Made by a program: the position numbers and the translations under genes
The notes under the pieces: generated by a model
What the model saw: the letters and a program-made list of their open reading frames with translations, nothing else
Told to the model about the DNA's origin: nothing
Databases searched by the model: none
Source: Octopus vulgaris
Taxonomy: Eukaryota
Assembly (NCBI GenBank): GCA_951406725.2
Contig: OX597819.1
Location: 107,136,001-107,200,000, forward strand
Direction: 5' to 3'
DNA: 64,000 bases
In this document: positions 1 through 12,861 of the stretch, piece after piece
How positions within the stretch are numbered: position 1 is the first letter of the stretch
Layout: every line of letters begins with the position of its first letter

Positions 1-1006
1 AAATTACACCATCTCTAATTATAACGTGCTATGCATTCACACAGATAGATGTACATTATATATCATGTTCCTATATGTTGCTCAGTCCCAATTTGACCCT
101 GAATCGAGCAGAATCAAATATATTCCCTTTCGGCCATCCTGTTTTATATTTTCAGATATTTTGAATTACACTTCAAATATGTCTTTTCTTCGTGCGAACG
201 TTTGAGGCCAATTAAAGAAGATTTGACTGAAAGAGTCTCTTCAATATTATTCTTTTTTTTTTGTACCTCAACATCAGGTCTGTTCTCACCATGTACATAT
301 TGATGAAAGTCATTCGACTCTCACCATATTAATTTAAATTTTAAAGATATATATACATTTGCATTATGAAACATCCTCCGTTTTTAAAGTAGTTGCGTAT
401 CATTTTAGATAGACTTGGCTACTATTTTTGCAAGTTTATGGAGCCCATAAGCACTATCTTTAGCTCATTATCAGTCCGTTAGTCCAACGCAGTGTGAAAT
501 TAGGATGTCGAAAGTAACATGAAGAAAGAAAAGACAGCCATCATTATAAATGTGATACAGCATATAGAACAGAGCTACAAGGGAATCTGTGCTTATAAAG
601 CCAGAATAATGAACACAGATCATAGAAATCAATATAATTTAACACTTGTGCATTTGTACATATGTCAAAATCACATCGCTTTGAAAATCGTAAAATTACA
701 TGTATGTGGAAGTGGGGTAGGCTTAATGTTTCAAGCGAATACTTTCGTGAGAAGGAAAGAAGGAAAGCCTAGTAAGATTAGTGTTCAATAGATATATTGA
801 AAGTAGCGAGTGTTTGAAGAAACATCAGGAGTTGATGGAAATTATCGGATATAGGAAGGAATATGTATTAATGTGTGGACAACAAAGAAAGCAACGGTGT
901 AAACTAAAACAACGTGCAGAAATTAGAAGAAAACGATGAAAAAGAACGAAATGAAACACACACAAACACACAGACACCCCACATACATACTTATAAATGT
1001 ATATAC

Positions 1007-1072
<66 letters not shown>

Positions 1073-1090
1073 TTATTATTTCTTACGTGA

Positions 1091-1350
1091 AGTGCGTGGG
1101 TTAGTGGTCAGGGCATTCGGCTCGCGATCGTGAGTTCAATTCCCAGCGACACGTTGTGTCCTTGAGCAAAATGTGTGGTACCTGTAATTGAAAATAGGCC
1201 AGACTTGCCACACTGAATCTCCCTCAGAACTAATTCAAGGGTACACGTGTCTGTTGAATGCTCAGCCACTTGCACGTTAATTTCACGAGCAATTTGTTCC
1301 ATTGATCGTATCAGCTGCGACCCTCGCCATCGTAACCGACGGAGTGCTTC
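1091..1350 (+). mobile_element. tRNA-derived SINE
   Basis: A-box-like gcgtgggttagtgg, B-box-like gagttcaattccc, body gtgtccttgagcaa; a related copy lies at 45448-45750. Confidence 0.75.
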
Positions 1351-1792
1351 TACAAACACACAGAAACACACACAAGCACTGAAAGAGAGAGTGAGAGAGA
1401 ATGAAAGAGAGTGGGAAGGTATGTGTGTCTGTGTGTGTGTTGACTCATTATCCATTCTCACTACATTTGTTAAACTGATTAAAAATAAAAGAAAATGAGA
1501 ACGAGTGGTTTTCATTAATATCTGCTCATGATGAAAAAAATACCAGCATTGAAATCAGGTATTTCCCCTCTGTGCTTCTTAGCGGTGGTTCAATCGAATT
1601 GCTATGTAGATGGCATAAACCGAGAGATAGTTCAAAGTGTAACTTGGCGTATTGACATGCTGGCATACACCTCTCAGAGTGATACAGTATTTTTACGAAT
1701 ATTAAGCAATTATTCGTTTCGAAATGTTCACCAAGACAATGAAAGGTTGTTGATCACATAATTGTACCTCTCCCTATCTTCTCTCACTTTCA

Positions 1793-1846
<54 letters not shown>

Positions 1847-2902
1847 ATATATATAGTTAATCCAAACATGAAAACACAAAGAGAAAACGCAACAACGTAA
1901 GGACGTGGAACAAGTATGGTGTTATTGGATGCTCAGGAAAGGAAAGAGAGAAGGAGGGAGTAACGTTTCGAGCGGAACTCTTCGTCAGAAATATAGAAAA
2001 AGGAAAGGTCCAACGAAAGGAAGACAGAGAAAGAAAATTGTCAACGTTACACATATGCATTTATACGTAAAGTTACATAAAATTGTCCTCGGGATAACTT
2101 TAAAGTGAAATTTAATAAAATGCAACTTTAACTTAACTTGTATTCACTTCAAAAAAATATCATTCAAATGACTGAGATCTTGGCTCCATATTTTTCCCCA
2201 TTTCATTTGTTAATTTCATAGCTTTCATTGCTATTTCAGTTTCTCGTTCGTCCACTACGGTTCACACGAAACATAGCTTTTCAGTATTTTTTGTTATATA
2301 TATTTGCCTTAGTGTTGACACCCATATTACTAATCTCTTAGTTACAACTAGTTCTTATTACGTGAAATAAATATAGTCGTGCAAGGAATATAAGGTAATT
2401 AGAAAAGAATAAATGTTGGAATACTTGCCGAAACACGTACTTCAATGTTTTATATATATATATATCTGTGTGTGTGTGTGTGTGATAGAGAGAGAAGGAG
2501 AGAGACAGAGAGAATTACAGAGGATTTAGTGGGAGAGAAAATGAAACTCTGTTGTGTAATAGTGAAGTATTGTGGTGTAACCCTCTTGGATCAATAAATG
2601 TAATTACGCAACTGGCAAAAGGATTTTTCGATGCATTAGAGCGCAATTTTCAACCTAGTAAATGTAGGAAAATCTTTAATAAGCACCTTGTTAAACTCTA
2701 CCACGCATAATCTGGCAGATAATATCGATGCAATTAAACGTAATAATGTTACTAAATTTTTCTTTTGTAGTGACAGCATTAATTCAAAGAATAGCGTGTC
2801 CCAAACTCACCCTATTTAGATATTACTCTACCGGTCATGCCTGTAATGATTCGCCTGAAACTGCTATGCCCGAGGTTGATTTCCCCGGCATTCCCGATAT
2901 AA

Positions 2903-2903
2903 G

Positions 2904-2961
<58 letters not shown>

Positions 2962-2977
2962 CAGTAGCAGCAGTAGC

Positions 2978-3062
<85 letters not shown>

Positions 3063-3176
3063 ACAGCAGCAGAAGCAGCAGAAGCAGAAGAAGAAGAAGA
3101 AGAAGAAGAAGAAGAAGAAGAAGAAGAAGAAGAAGAAGAAGAAGAAGAAGAAGAAGAAGAAGAAGAAGAAGAAGAA
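2903..3176. repeat. compound trinucleotide microsatellite (TAG)n/(CAG)n/(GAA)n
   Basis: Direct reading; it accounts for the poly-L/Y/E/F ORFs in the track. Confidence 0.97.
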
Positions 3177-3185
3177 TACGCACAA

Positions 3186-3850
3186 GGAGGTTTTCATCCG
3201 CATCAGAACAGATGGGAAACTCTTCAACTTGGCCTATTTTCGTGCCTATATCTAAATCAGAGAAACGTGTGTCAGGGAGCCGAGTCTACATAATATTGTT
3301 ATAAATCATTGTGAACAGCTTTCCTTGTGCAGCAGACATGATTGGTTTTGAGATCAACGCTTCGATAATTGAGCTATTCTACCAGCTTCCACCAAGATAT
3401 CCTAAAAGATCGAGAGAGCGTCTTCAGAGCTACCGTAACATTTGCACGCAACACGAAGATAAAGGTGTATAGTACAACACTGCTCCTTCGCCTTCACTAC
3501 GTCACAGAATCATGCAGGTACGCATTGTTGTTACAGAGGTCTTGAACGGTGCTGGCGCAGTTAGTATCGAGTCACTCATTATCTAATCGCAGCTGCACTG
3601 AGAGGGACTTGTTAGCAGCATGGAGAGCAGTCGGCTCCTAAAGGTAGTTTTGGAAGCTGAACAGTGCTGGGGCTGGCGGAGCCGTAGTGGCCAGAGTTTT
3701 CGCAATATGGATGTGCTAAAAAGACATAGGAAGAACTCCGACATCTTCCCAGACACCTGGATAGAGAAGACCTTGCAGTGCAATGAATGGCACCGATCAC
3801 TGAAGCTCGTAACTCCAGTCATCGAGGAGAAACAATTGAGAATATGAAAG
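3186..3850 (+). mobile_element. decayed RTE (BovB-like) LINE, RT C-terminal fragment
   Basis: Manual translation gives VFIRIRTDGKLFNL, IGFEINASIIELFYQ, KIKVY and RSRSGQSFRNMDVLKRH...IFPDTWIEKTLQCNEWHRSL, matching RTE RT motifs; contains stops and frameshifts. Confidence 0.8.
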
Positions 3851-6106
3851 AACACATGAGAGGAGTTACTTCGCCGTTACGTCAAGTAGTTTTACCTGCA
3901 GTAGATATCATCGCTGCTGATCAATGGGAACATTATTGATATTTTGTCTAAACGCTATCAGGCATCGGTGTTTCGTTCAGGGAAAGTCCTTTGAGACTTA
4001 CAGTGTAAGAACAAAACACTGTATATCTCAAGACCGCGCAAAATAAATCAACCCGTAGGTGAGTGAGACTGACAGATAGCGATAATTTGCTATTATTTCC
4101 GCTCATGTTTACCAGCTCATACATTAATTATGTCAATTCAATAATTTTGACATTATTAGAGTTGTTTCTAACTCAAAACTTTGTCTGATTTTACTTGTGC
4201 AGCGCTGTTACACATCAGGAGATACATTTTCCGCTATTTACATTTACTTCAGACCAGCAATTTGAAATCGTTTCCAGGTTTACTCGAGTAGAACAAGGAG
4301 TAGAAATAAGAACAAAATATCGATAATTACCGTTCTCTTTCATCTACAGTCAACCCCTTTCGCCTTGTTTTGTGGTATACCGTGCATTTTGAACATTCTG
4401 CGTCTTTAAAGGCATCTACTTTTGGATGAGATGGCGCAGGCTGAAAGCCTTCAAACACAACATACATCAAGTGTGTGGCATCAAATATGTGTGTATGTCT
4501 GTGTTTGTGCGTGTGCGTGCGCGTGTGTGTGTGTACACGCACCCATACACTCAGACACATATATATGTGATTGTACACATTTTTAACGTTAACAGAACCT
4601 AATTTATTCTTGTACGCTAATCATTTTAAACAATCAGAAAACAGAATATGAAATATATTAATATATTTAGTATATATAATGCTCGCTTATATTCCATCCG
4701 TTTTAGATATCCATATATTCATAACTAACTTTGATAACGAACTTAGATACCACTCTTCAGACGCTGAAATCATGATGCAAAATGTGAATATCCATTATCA
4801 ACAATTATTACCCATAAACACCGTGGCGCATGCAAAACTCCTTTCATAAAAATGCTACTAAGTAATCTCTTTAAGAAATTTGCAGATGTAAAACTTTACA
4901 TGGTGCTCCAGAGACTGGTCTACAATCACTCGGATAACAGAAGAAATAGAATATTATGGAAACATTTTAAAAGTGCACTATTCAGATGTAATCACCGAAG
5001 AGAATTTCCAATTTGTAAGTAAAGCCTGTGACATTCCCAAACGACGTAAAAGCCAAATATTATTTTAATATGGATTACGGCTGCACTAAATGACGATAAT
5101 GCAATCAGTTTTATGAAGGTTAAGAAGAGCATTTAGAATTGTTCAAATAGATTCTAAATTATCCATTTTGCAGTCAAATGAATAATGTTTTCCTGAATAT
5201 GCATTGGTCAATCGCCATAATTGCATCGTTTTCGTACAAGAGAACAAATGTAATCACGTAACGTTTCTCTTACATTTTTCGATATATCAGCACTTTCAGT
5301 TTTGAGTCCCAATTCCCAAAGAAATGAAGAAGGTGATATTTTAGATGTTAGAATATGAACCCGCATTACATTGGTTTAAATGGTTGACATTTAATTTCAT
5401 TGTTTTATTTCCTGATCCTGTAAAATGATTAACACACTAAATGGATTATGGCGTGTGCGTCCTGTATATACAAGAGAAGGCGGCGAATCCACAATGTCGT
5501 TAGAGCGTCAGTTAAAAATGCCTTACTGTGCGTTCGGGTTGTTCGCATTCCGCATTCAAATAACTCTGAGATCACCTCTGATTTTCTTCTTTTCGGGATT
5601 TGTATCTAAATTATCACTCTTGTTTTGGATCAATTTTTCTCTCTTTTGCACTTCCCTCTGTCTCTGTCTGCCTCTCTCTCTCTCTCTTCCACTGTCTCCT
5701 TTAGTCTCTCCCTCTCTTGTCTGCTTCTCCCACTCGCCCTCTCTGACTCTCTCTCTCTCTCATTCTTACCCTGTAGATTGAGTCAATAATTCAAAGACCC
5801 AGGTTTCTCGTATTATGTCACCTTCATTCGGCTTGAAAACTGCGTTAAAGATACATGTACATATATAATACTCAGCCAATTATGCATTAACTTCATAATT
5901 AGGAATTCAGTTGGTCCAACAACTGTATGGTCATGTTTGAGTTGACTTAGATTTCATCATAATACAGGGGTTTCGACAACGTTTCCGCCCACCACGCTTT
6001 ATTGGCAAGACACTGCTTAAACTAAAGATATCGTAGAAAGCACTCCTACAAAGCAAAACGAACTGCTTAAACTCAGAAACATACTTGTTCTATCGTATTT
6101 GTTCTA

Positions 6107-7140
6107 TTGTCTATTTCGTCTGTCTTCACGTTCTGAGTTCAAATTCCGCCGAGGTCGACTATGCCTTTCATCCTTTCGGGGTCGATAAATTAAGTACCAG
6201 TTGCGGACTGGGATCTATCTAGTTGACTGGTCCCCCTCCCCCAAATTTTCGGGCCTTGTGTCTAGAGTAGAAAATAATATTAATTATTGATTATAAAGTT
6301 GGCACAAAGCCAGCAATTTTGGGGGTGGTGGTAATTTGATTATATCGCCACCATTGTTCAAGTAGAGCTTATTTTATCGACCCTAAAAGGATGAAAGGCA
6401 AAGACGATCTCGTCGGAATTTGAACTCAGGACGTGAAGACGGGCGAAATGTCGCTAAGTATTTTGCTCGACATCCTAACGATTCTGTCAACCCGCCGCTT
6501 TTTCCTCATACCTAATCTTGGTTTCAAATATAGGCACGAGGATAGCAATTTCACGGGAGGAATTAAGTCAGTTACATCGACCCCAATGCTCAACTGGTAC
6601 CTATTTTATCGACCCCGAAGGATAAAACGCAAAGTCGGCCTCAGCAGAATTTGAACTCAGGACGCGAAGATTGGCGCACTAAAGATTCTCACACCTTATC
6701 GCCTTTGCCTTATATTTCATATTAATTATTGGCATCTCGTGCAAGGCTCCAACATTAATTAATATGGTATAATCGATCACGTGAATCTCAGTGCTGTAGT
6801 ATCTATTTTATCATCCACAGAATGGTGAGTGGCAGAGCACTTGTCTCTTTTGATTTTATGTCAGGACGTAAAGTGATTCACCAGAATGCCGGAGAACATC
6901 TTCCTAAGGCTCTAATAATAGCGTATAGTCCATTCTTATTTTTCCGCACGGTCAGTAATTTTAAGGTTTGGAGTGGTTGATTATAACGACCCAATGCTCA
7001 ACTGATATTTATTTTACCATCCCAAATGGAGGAAAAGCAAAGTCGATCTCGGTGGCCTTTGACTCAGAACGTAAGGTCGGAGGAAATGACGCTAAACATT
7101 TTGTCCAGCGCGGCAACAATTCTACCAGCTCGCCGTCTTA
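6107..7140. mobile_element. cluster of ~4 SINEs of one family (one +, three -)
   Basis: Shared core gagttcaaattccgccgaggtcgactttgcctttcatcctttcggggtcgataaa..gtaccag at ~6135 (+), and reverse complements at ~6375, ~6605 and ~7020. Confidence 0.85.
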
Positions 7141-7680
7141 CAATAACTTATTATATATATAAAGATATAGAAATATATAATTTTTTTATCAGTTTGATGA
7201 CTCTATATGAGTTCGTCCACTTTTATATAACCTTTCACCCGCTATTACACAGATGATACTGATATCGGTCCTCCCGCGTTTTTATACACCAAATGTTGTC
7301 TTAATGTGATCTAGAGACCCGAGCCATTACAGAAACACCCAACCCAACTTTAATAAGCAGCGACATCGAAGGCATTTTTCTGACTAATCTTGTTTCCGTC
7401 ATAGAATGAGCCAATTGCTTCACTTATCTTGAAACCATTATGCTCACGTTTTCGAATAGATTGATTGTACACAAAACGATTGAATTGCTGAGTCAGATTC
7501 CTTAGATCTCTCACGACTGCTTCATGTGATAGGCCATGCCATCATTGAGAATATATCCGAGAAAATCACATTTCCATCATAACATAGACTGCATCTTCAG
7601 AGCCAGAAAACACACAAATAACTACAAATACTTTACAAACCTTGAATGAGACCCTTATAGGGTCAATGCATCTGCAACGG

Positions 7681-8310
7681 TGGTTTTTGAAGCTTTCGCT
7701 TTCATCTTTGGCAAGCGGTATTTTTACTCTTCTTTTATTCAAATATTTCATATTATACCTGCTTAGGTAGATGTCTTGCTAGCTACCCCATTTTTACTGT
7801 TTTTAACAGTAATGATACTTTTATTTATTTGCTTTATATAAAAATACACGCACGAGCAATGCGATGAACACCCTAAAAAATAGGCCTACCTTCAGGAGGG
7901 AATTCGAAGATAGTTTACATACCCCAATATCAATTGACTTCATGCTGTGCATGAGAGAACATGCTTTGCAATCATCAGTTGGAGACAGTAACATCTATTT
8001 CTAAAATATTCATTACATTAGCTTGTGTGCGTTTCTAACTTTAAACGTTCCGCTCCGTTTAAAGAGAAAATTATCGTAAACAAGAAAAAAAAGGAAATAT
8101 ATAAAAACATTATTACTGTTAAAAACAGTAATAATGATGTGACTAGCATGACTTCTACCTATGCATGTATAATATGAAATATTTGAATAAAAGACGGGTA
8201 AAAATACCGCATTTATTCAAATATTTTGCATTGCTTATGTGTGTATTTATCGCAGGATTGGTTTTTGAAGCTTTCACTTTCATCTTTGGCAAGCGGTATT
8301 TTTCCTCTTC
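7681..8310. repeat. combined inverted plus direct repeat cassette
   Basis: 7715-7816 is inverted at 8109-8210; 7681-7732 is directly repeated at 8259-8310. Confidence 0.85.
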
Positions 8311-8315
8311 TGATA

Positions 8316-8380
<65 letters not shown>

Positions 8381-8405
8381 GTATGTATATATATATATAT
8401 GTATG

Positions 8406-8462
<57 letters not shown>

Positions 8463-9807
8463 GTGTATGTATACATATTCACACATGCATATGCACATGA
8501 ATGCATACATACACCCATATATACACACAAACATGTACCTACATGCATACATGCATCCTATTACCAATCGTTTAAATGAAACTGACAATCTAGTTTCAAG
8601 CATCCTAATACCGAATGGGAGCCGACTTGAGCAGAGAGAAAATGTTATGAAGAGAAGATTAAAAAGATGAATCTTTAGCTGAGGTGAATGAGTAAAAGGA
8701 AGAAATAGAGGGACGTGAGTAGAGAGATTGATAGTCAACAAATAAGATTGCTGAGGAAACAGGCAAGCAATCAAGACTAAAATGTAGGGAAACGTGGAAG
8801 GAACAGTAAGAGTGAAATTTTGGGATAAGCAAAAATGATCTGATAGGGAGTTAGAAAAAAGGTAGTGCTGAAGAAAGGAGAGGCAATTTAGTGAGGTAGT
8901 AATAGAAAAACATAAATATACCACGTCAATAAATGAAAATTATGATTATATATATATATGTATCTATACTCACGCATACTAGTATAATGTATATAATTAT
9001 ATATATGTACGCCTATATGTGTGTGTATTTGTGTGAGAGAGAGAGGGGGGTTAGATAGGCCGGGAAGGAAAGATTGTATGATAACGAAGTATGGGTAAGA
9101 TATGTTGGAAAATGAAGATGAACGATGGGTAGAAATTTAAGTAACATTATCAAGTTTCTAGGTAAAAAGAATATGAATAATTTAAGCAAGAATATATAAA
9201 TACAGCAGAAGAACATCAAAAGAAAAGATAAGTAAATTATATTAGGTTTTGCAAGTAGTACGCTAGTTAGTAATTAAATTATTATTTTGTTTAAGAGTTT
9301 AATGAAAATGTGTTATAATAAATAGAGGCTCTAATGCATAAGTAAATGCCAGAGCTGCTCTAATTGTGTTTATATGAATTTCTCGACACTATTCATCACT
9401 AAAACCTCTTCTTGTCGTATTAATTAGTTACGTAATGTTTGAGGTGTTAAATTAGCATTCTACTCACGTTTATCTGTAAGGTGACTCAAGTTATTTCAGA
9501 TTGCCTGCAAACAAACCAAAATAAAAAAGAAATGCAAAAATTAATTAGAAATTTCGTTTACATTCATTTTCACAGTTGGACTCTTCATAACAGGAATATA
9601 TCCAACATGTGTGTGTGTGTCTGTGCGTTTGGCTGTGTGCGTGCGTGTTTGTGTGTGTGTACATTGCATGTGTGTGTACCGATGTAAATATATGTGTCGC
9701 TCAAAATTTGGCATTTGATGTGAAGTTGCGACGCTTTACATCAAATAGAATCAAGTAACTCGATAAAAAGCGATCGATAAAATAAGTACTAAACAAACTA
9801 CTGTGAT

Positions 9808-9851
<44 letters not shown>

Positions 9852-9879
9852 CAATATATATATATATATATAATATATA

Positions 9880-9910
<31 letters not shown>

Positions 9911-10544
9911 ATATATAATATATATATATGTATGTATATATATATATATATCTGTATGTATGTATACGTACATGCATACTTGAACATACACTGTAAGAAT
10001 ATTTAAAACATGCAAATATTCCAGACGATTAGCATGTAAATAGAATCCACATATTCAATGACATAAGTGTGTACATGCATACTAGTGTACAGCGTACATA
10101 GATACATGAATACAAAACCACTCTGCTGATGCTGTCTAAGCACCGATGAAAGAACTTCGATTCTAGGCAACATTTCTGTTCTTTATCCTTTAGTTTGAAG
10201 TTCGAAAATTAAATAAAGTAAAAGATACCAACATTCCGAAAAGAGTAAAAAGACGTCAATGTACAGGAGTCAATTTCATTGAAGGCTCAACCCCATGATA
10301 AACACGAGTTAAGTCGAATCAAGTACGGAATAAAAACACTTATTTAAAGAATAGGATAAAGCTCCCTCCCGGCTTATATAGATTCATGAGGTTCCCGGTT
10401 TCTAAGGCGTCCGAAATTGCGAGGATGATCCGGTTCTTGACTGAAGATTAGAGGCTTCGAATGACCCGTCCGTGTTTTTTGTATCGTCTATTTGAATGTT
10501 TTGCGTTCTTGTCCCATTTTGTATTTTTATATTTATATTATAGC

Positions 10545-10762
10545 GGCGTACGTACACCTTATTCTCTTATATCTCTCACTGGTCGGGACGCCGGTCCACT
10601 GCAAGATTACTGAATTTTGGCCAGCTGTGTAGACTAGAGTCTAGAGCAACATGGAATGAAGCGTTCTGGTCAAGAACACAATGCATTTGCTAGTCCAGAA
10701 AACGAAACCACATTCTTACGATCATGAGTCCAATGCCTTAACCATTAAGATATGAACTTCCA
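10545..10762 (-). mobile_element. decayed tRNA-derived SINE
   Basis: Similar to 60200-60396 (agagcaac..gaa..aag..tct..tcaagaacacaa..gca...accatt). Confidence 0.6.
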
Positions 10763-10842
10763 CATAAAACACGAAATTAAAAGTGTTTATTTAATGTTTT
10801 CGTGAGAAATTGTCTGTTATATAAATCAGATAATATACATAA

Positions 10843-11242
10843 TCTTTATATATAAAAGTGAGGTTGTGTGTTGTCTGTCTCCTACGATTTAGATTCCTAA
10901 CTACTCCCACATTTTGCGATGCAGTTTAACCAAAACCGGGTATTTTATAGTCGTGATTCATATCGAGCCCTTCTGGGTATTAGCGCGCGTCTACAGTGAG
11001 TCTATGATTTTTTTTAAAATTTACCATCAATTTGTCCCATTTTTAATGCATGTTTGGCATATATAAGGGAAATAACTCTCTAAAAATTTTTTATTAAATC
11101 TCAGAACGTAAAAAGCTACAGTAACACCCCCCACTCCTTTGTGGTTAGCCATATTGAGATGGCTATTATACTTTACATCTCTAAAAATGCTTATATAGTT
11201 ATTTCCCTTACAAACCCGAGCAACGCCGGGCGATACTGCTAG
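10843..11242 (+). mobile_element. non-autonomous Helitron
   Basis: Inserted at a|TC...CTAG|t, with subterminal hairpin cccgagcaacgccggg a few bases before CTAG and no TSD. Confidence 0.8.
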
Positions 11243-12627
11243 TAATTGATAAATAAAAACGATTAAAATATTGCGATCGTTCGATGACGACACTTTAGTT
11301 ATTCGAGCAACAGTTTTAAGATTTCATTGCTTTGCGTCACCTGCACCGTCAGGATCACTGCCCTAACTGTAGTGTCAGGCCATCAGTGATAAAAAGGCGT
11401 TAAAAAACAAAAAATTAAATCTTGTTTGTAGATTTTAACTTCGAAAATGAAACAATGTTCTAATAAACTCATTGCATATATTTTTCGGGATTCTCGCATA
11501 TATATTATCACACATGTAAATATTTGTCAAAGAAATGAAAATAGTTTATTTGTGAAGAACGTTCGGGGCTTGGCTCATTAACGAGAAATAAATTCATGTT
11601 TAGAGCAATATTATAATGAAATATAGTGATAGCTTAAATGATATACATGTAAATGAAGTGACTTCATACATATATGGATGTACGTGTGTATATTTGTTTA
11701 TATACATATATATGTGTCTATGTATAATTTATATATATATATATATATGCAATTTATATATGCATATATATATATATATATATACATATACACGTGTATG
11801 CGTGTGTGTGTGTATGTGTGTGTGTGTGTGTGTACGTCCATACATATATGAAATATATCTACTGCAGAGCTTATGATCATTGCTTCCGGAGCTGTAAAAT
11901 AATGGTGTATTACCTTCATCAGCAGATTGCAAAAATAGGAAACCTTAACAGAAAATTGCTGTTTATATACATAACCAGTGATATTTTGAATTTAGGACTG
12001 GAAATAATTGAAATATCTCAAAATATCTTAAATACAATTAGTCTTTCAGCCTGTAACAATGTTATTTCTTTTTCCCGCTAATGGCTGCATATATTTCACT
12101 AATATATGTCGATATTTGTTTTATGTAGATATTGTTCCATTTTCTAGTGTCCTTTCATTTTAGCCATTAATATTTTCAATATCTTATTGCCTTAAACAAT
12201 AATTAATTTCATGTTTATCGAGGGGATTTTTAGACGCTTGCTTCAAACAAACATTTTCGTTATATTTGCGAGATTATTTCTGTTCTTACTATACCACTCA
12301 TTTCTTGAAGCTTATTTTAACTTATTTTTAATATTATCTGCGAATTTTACACTTACAGTTTCTTGCAACTGTATTTATTCTTTCTCAAGTAATTATAACG
12401 TAACATAATTCGCGATTTAAGCTCCTTCAATTAATTTTTAATGTTAGTTTCCAAATTTCACCAGTTTTGTGTAGAAGCAGTAATTCTATATTCAAAGGTT
12501 TTGAATGTAGTTATCTGCAGATGAAGTTACGACACAAGATACTTTATTGTTGCACGAAACGTGAATTTATGCCCGCAAAACATATTTAATAATGAGGTTA
12601 GTAAATTATTGTTCTTTATTACATATA

Positions 12628-12861
12628 CAGGCTGTTCACAAAATCTTTAGACGATTTCAAAAAGTCATTACGCAAACCTTAGAAGAGGGAGCAACTTTCT
12701 AATGGTATTAACACTTTAATTAATGCAATGTTTTATGTTTTGTTTCATTCATGAGACCGCAATTAATATTGTTTTTATGTTTTAGGTAATGGCTACTCTA
12801 TAAATAATGGTAGAGTGAGTGTCTTGGTTTATCATTTTCCTATGACTGTGTGGGCAGCCTG
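12628..12861. mobile_element. Tc1/mariner-type MITE
   Basis: Imperfect TIRs caggctgttcaca / tgtgggcagcctg with TA on both sides. Confidence 0.7.

Noticed and set aside
2812-3293. Poly-L/Y/E/F ORFs, and the many YI/CV/N/I-rich ORFs elsewhere
   Set aside because: They are translations of microsatellites
4850-5300. Possible GIY-YIG/PLE remnant
   Set aside because: No clear motif could be translated by eye
8316-8924. 202 aa minus-strand ORF
   Set aside because: Low-complexity purine tract plus microsatellite, with no recognisable domain
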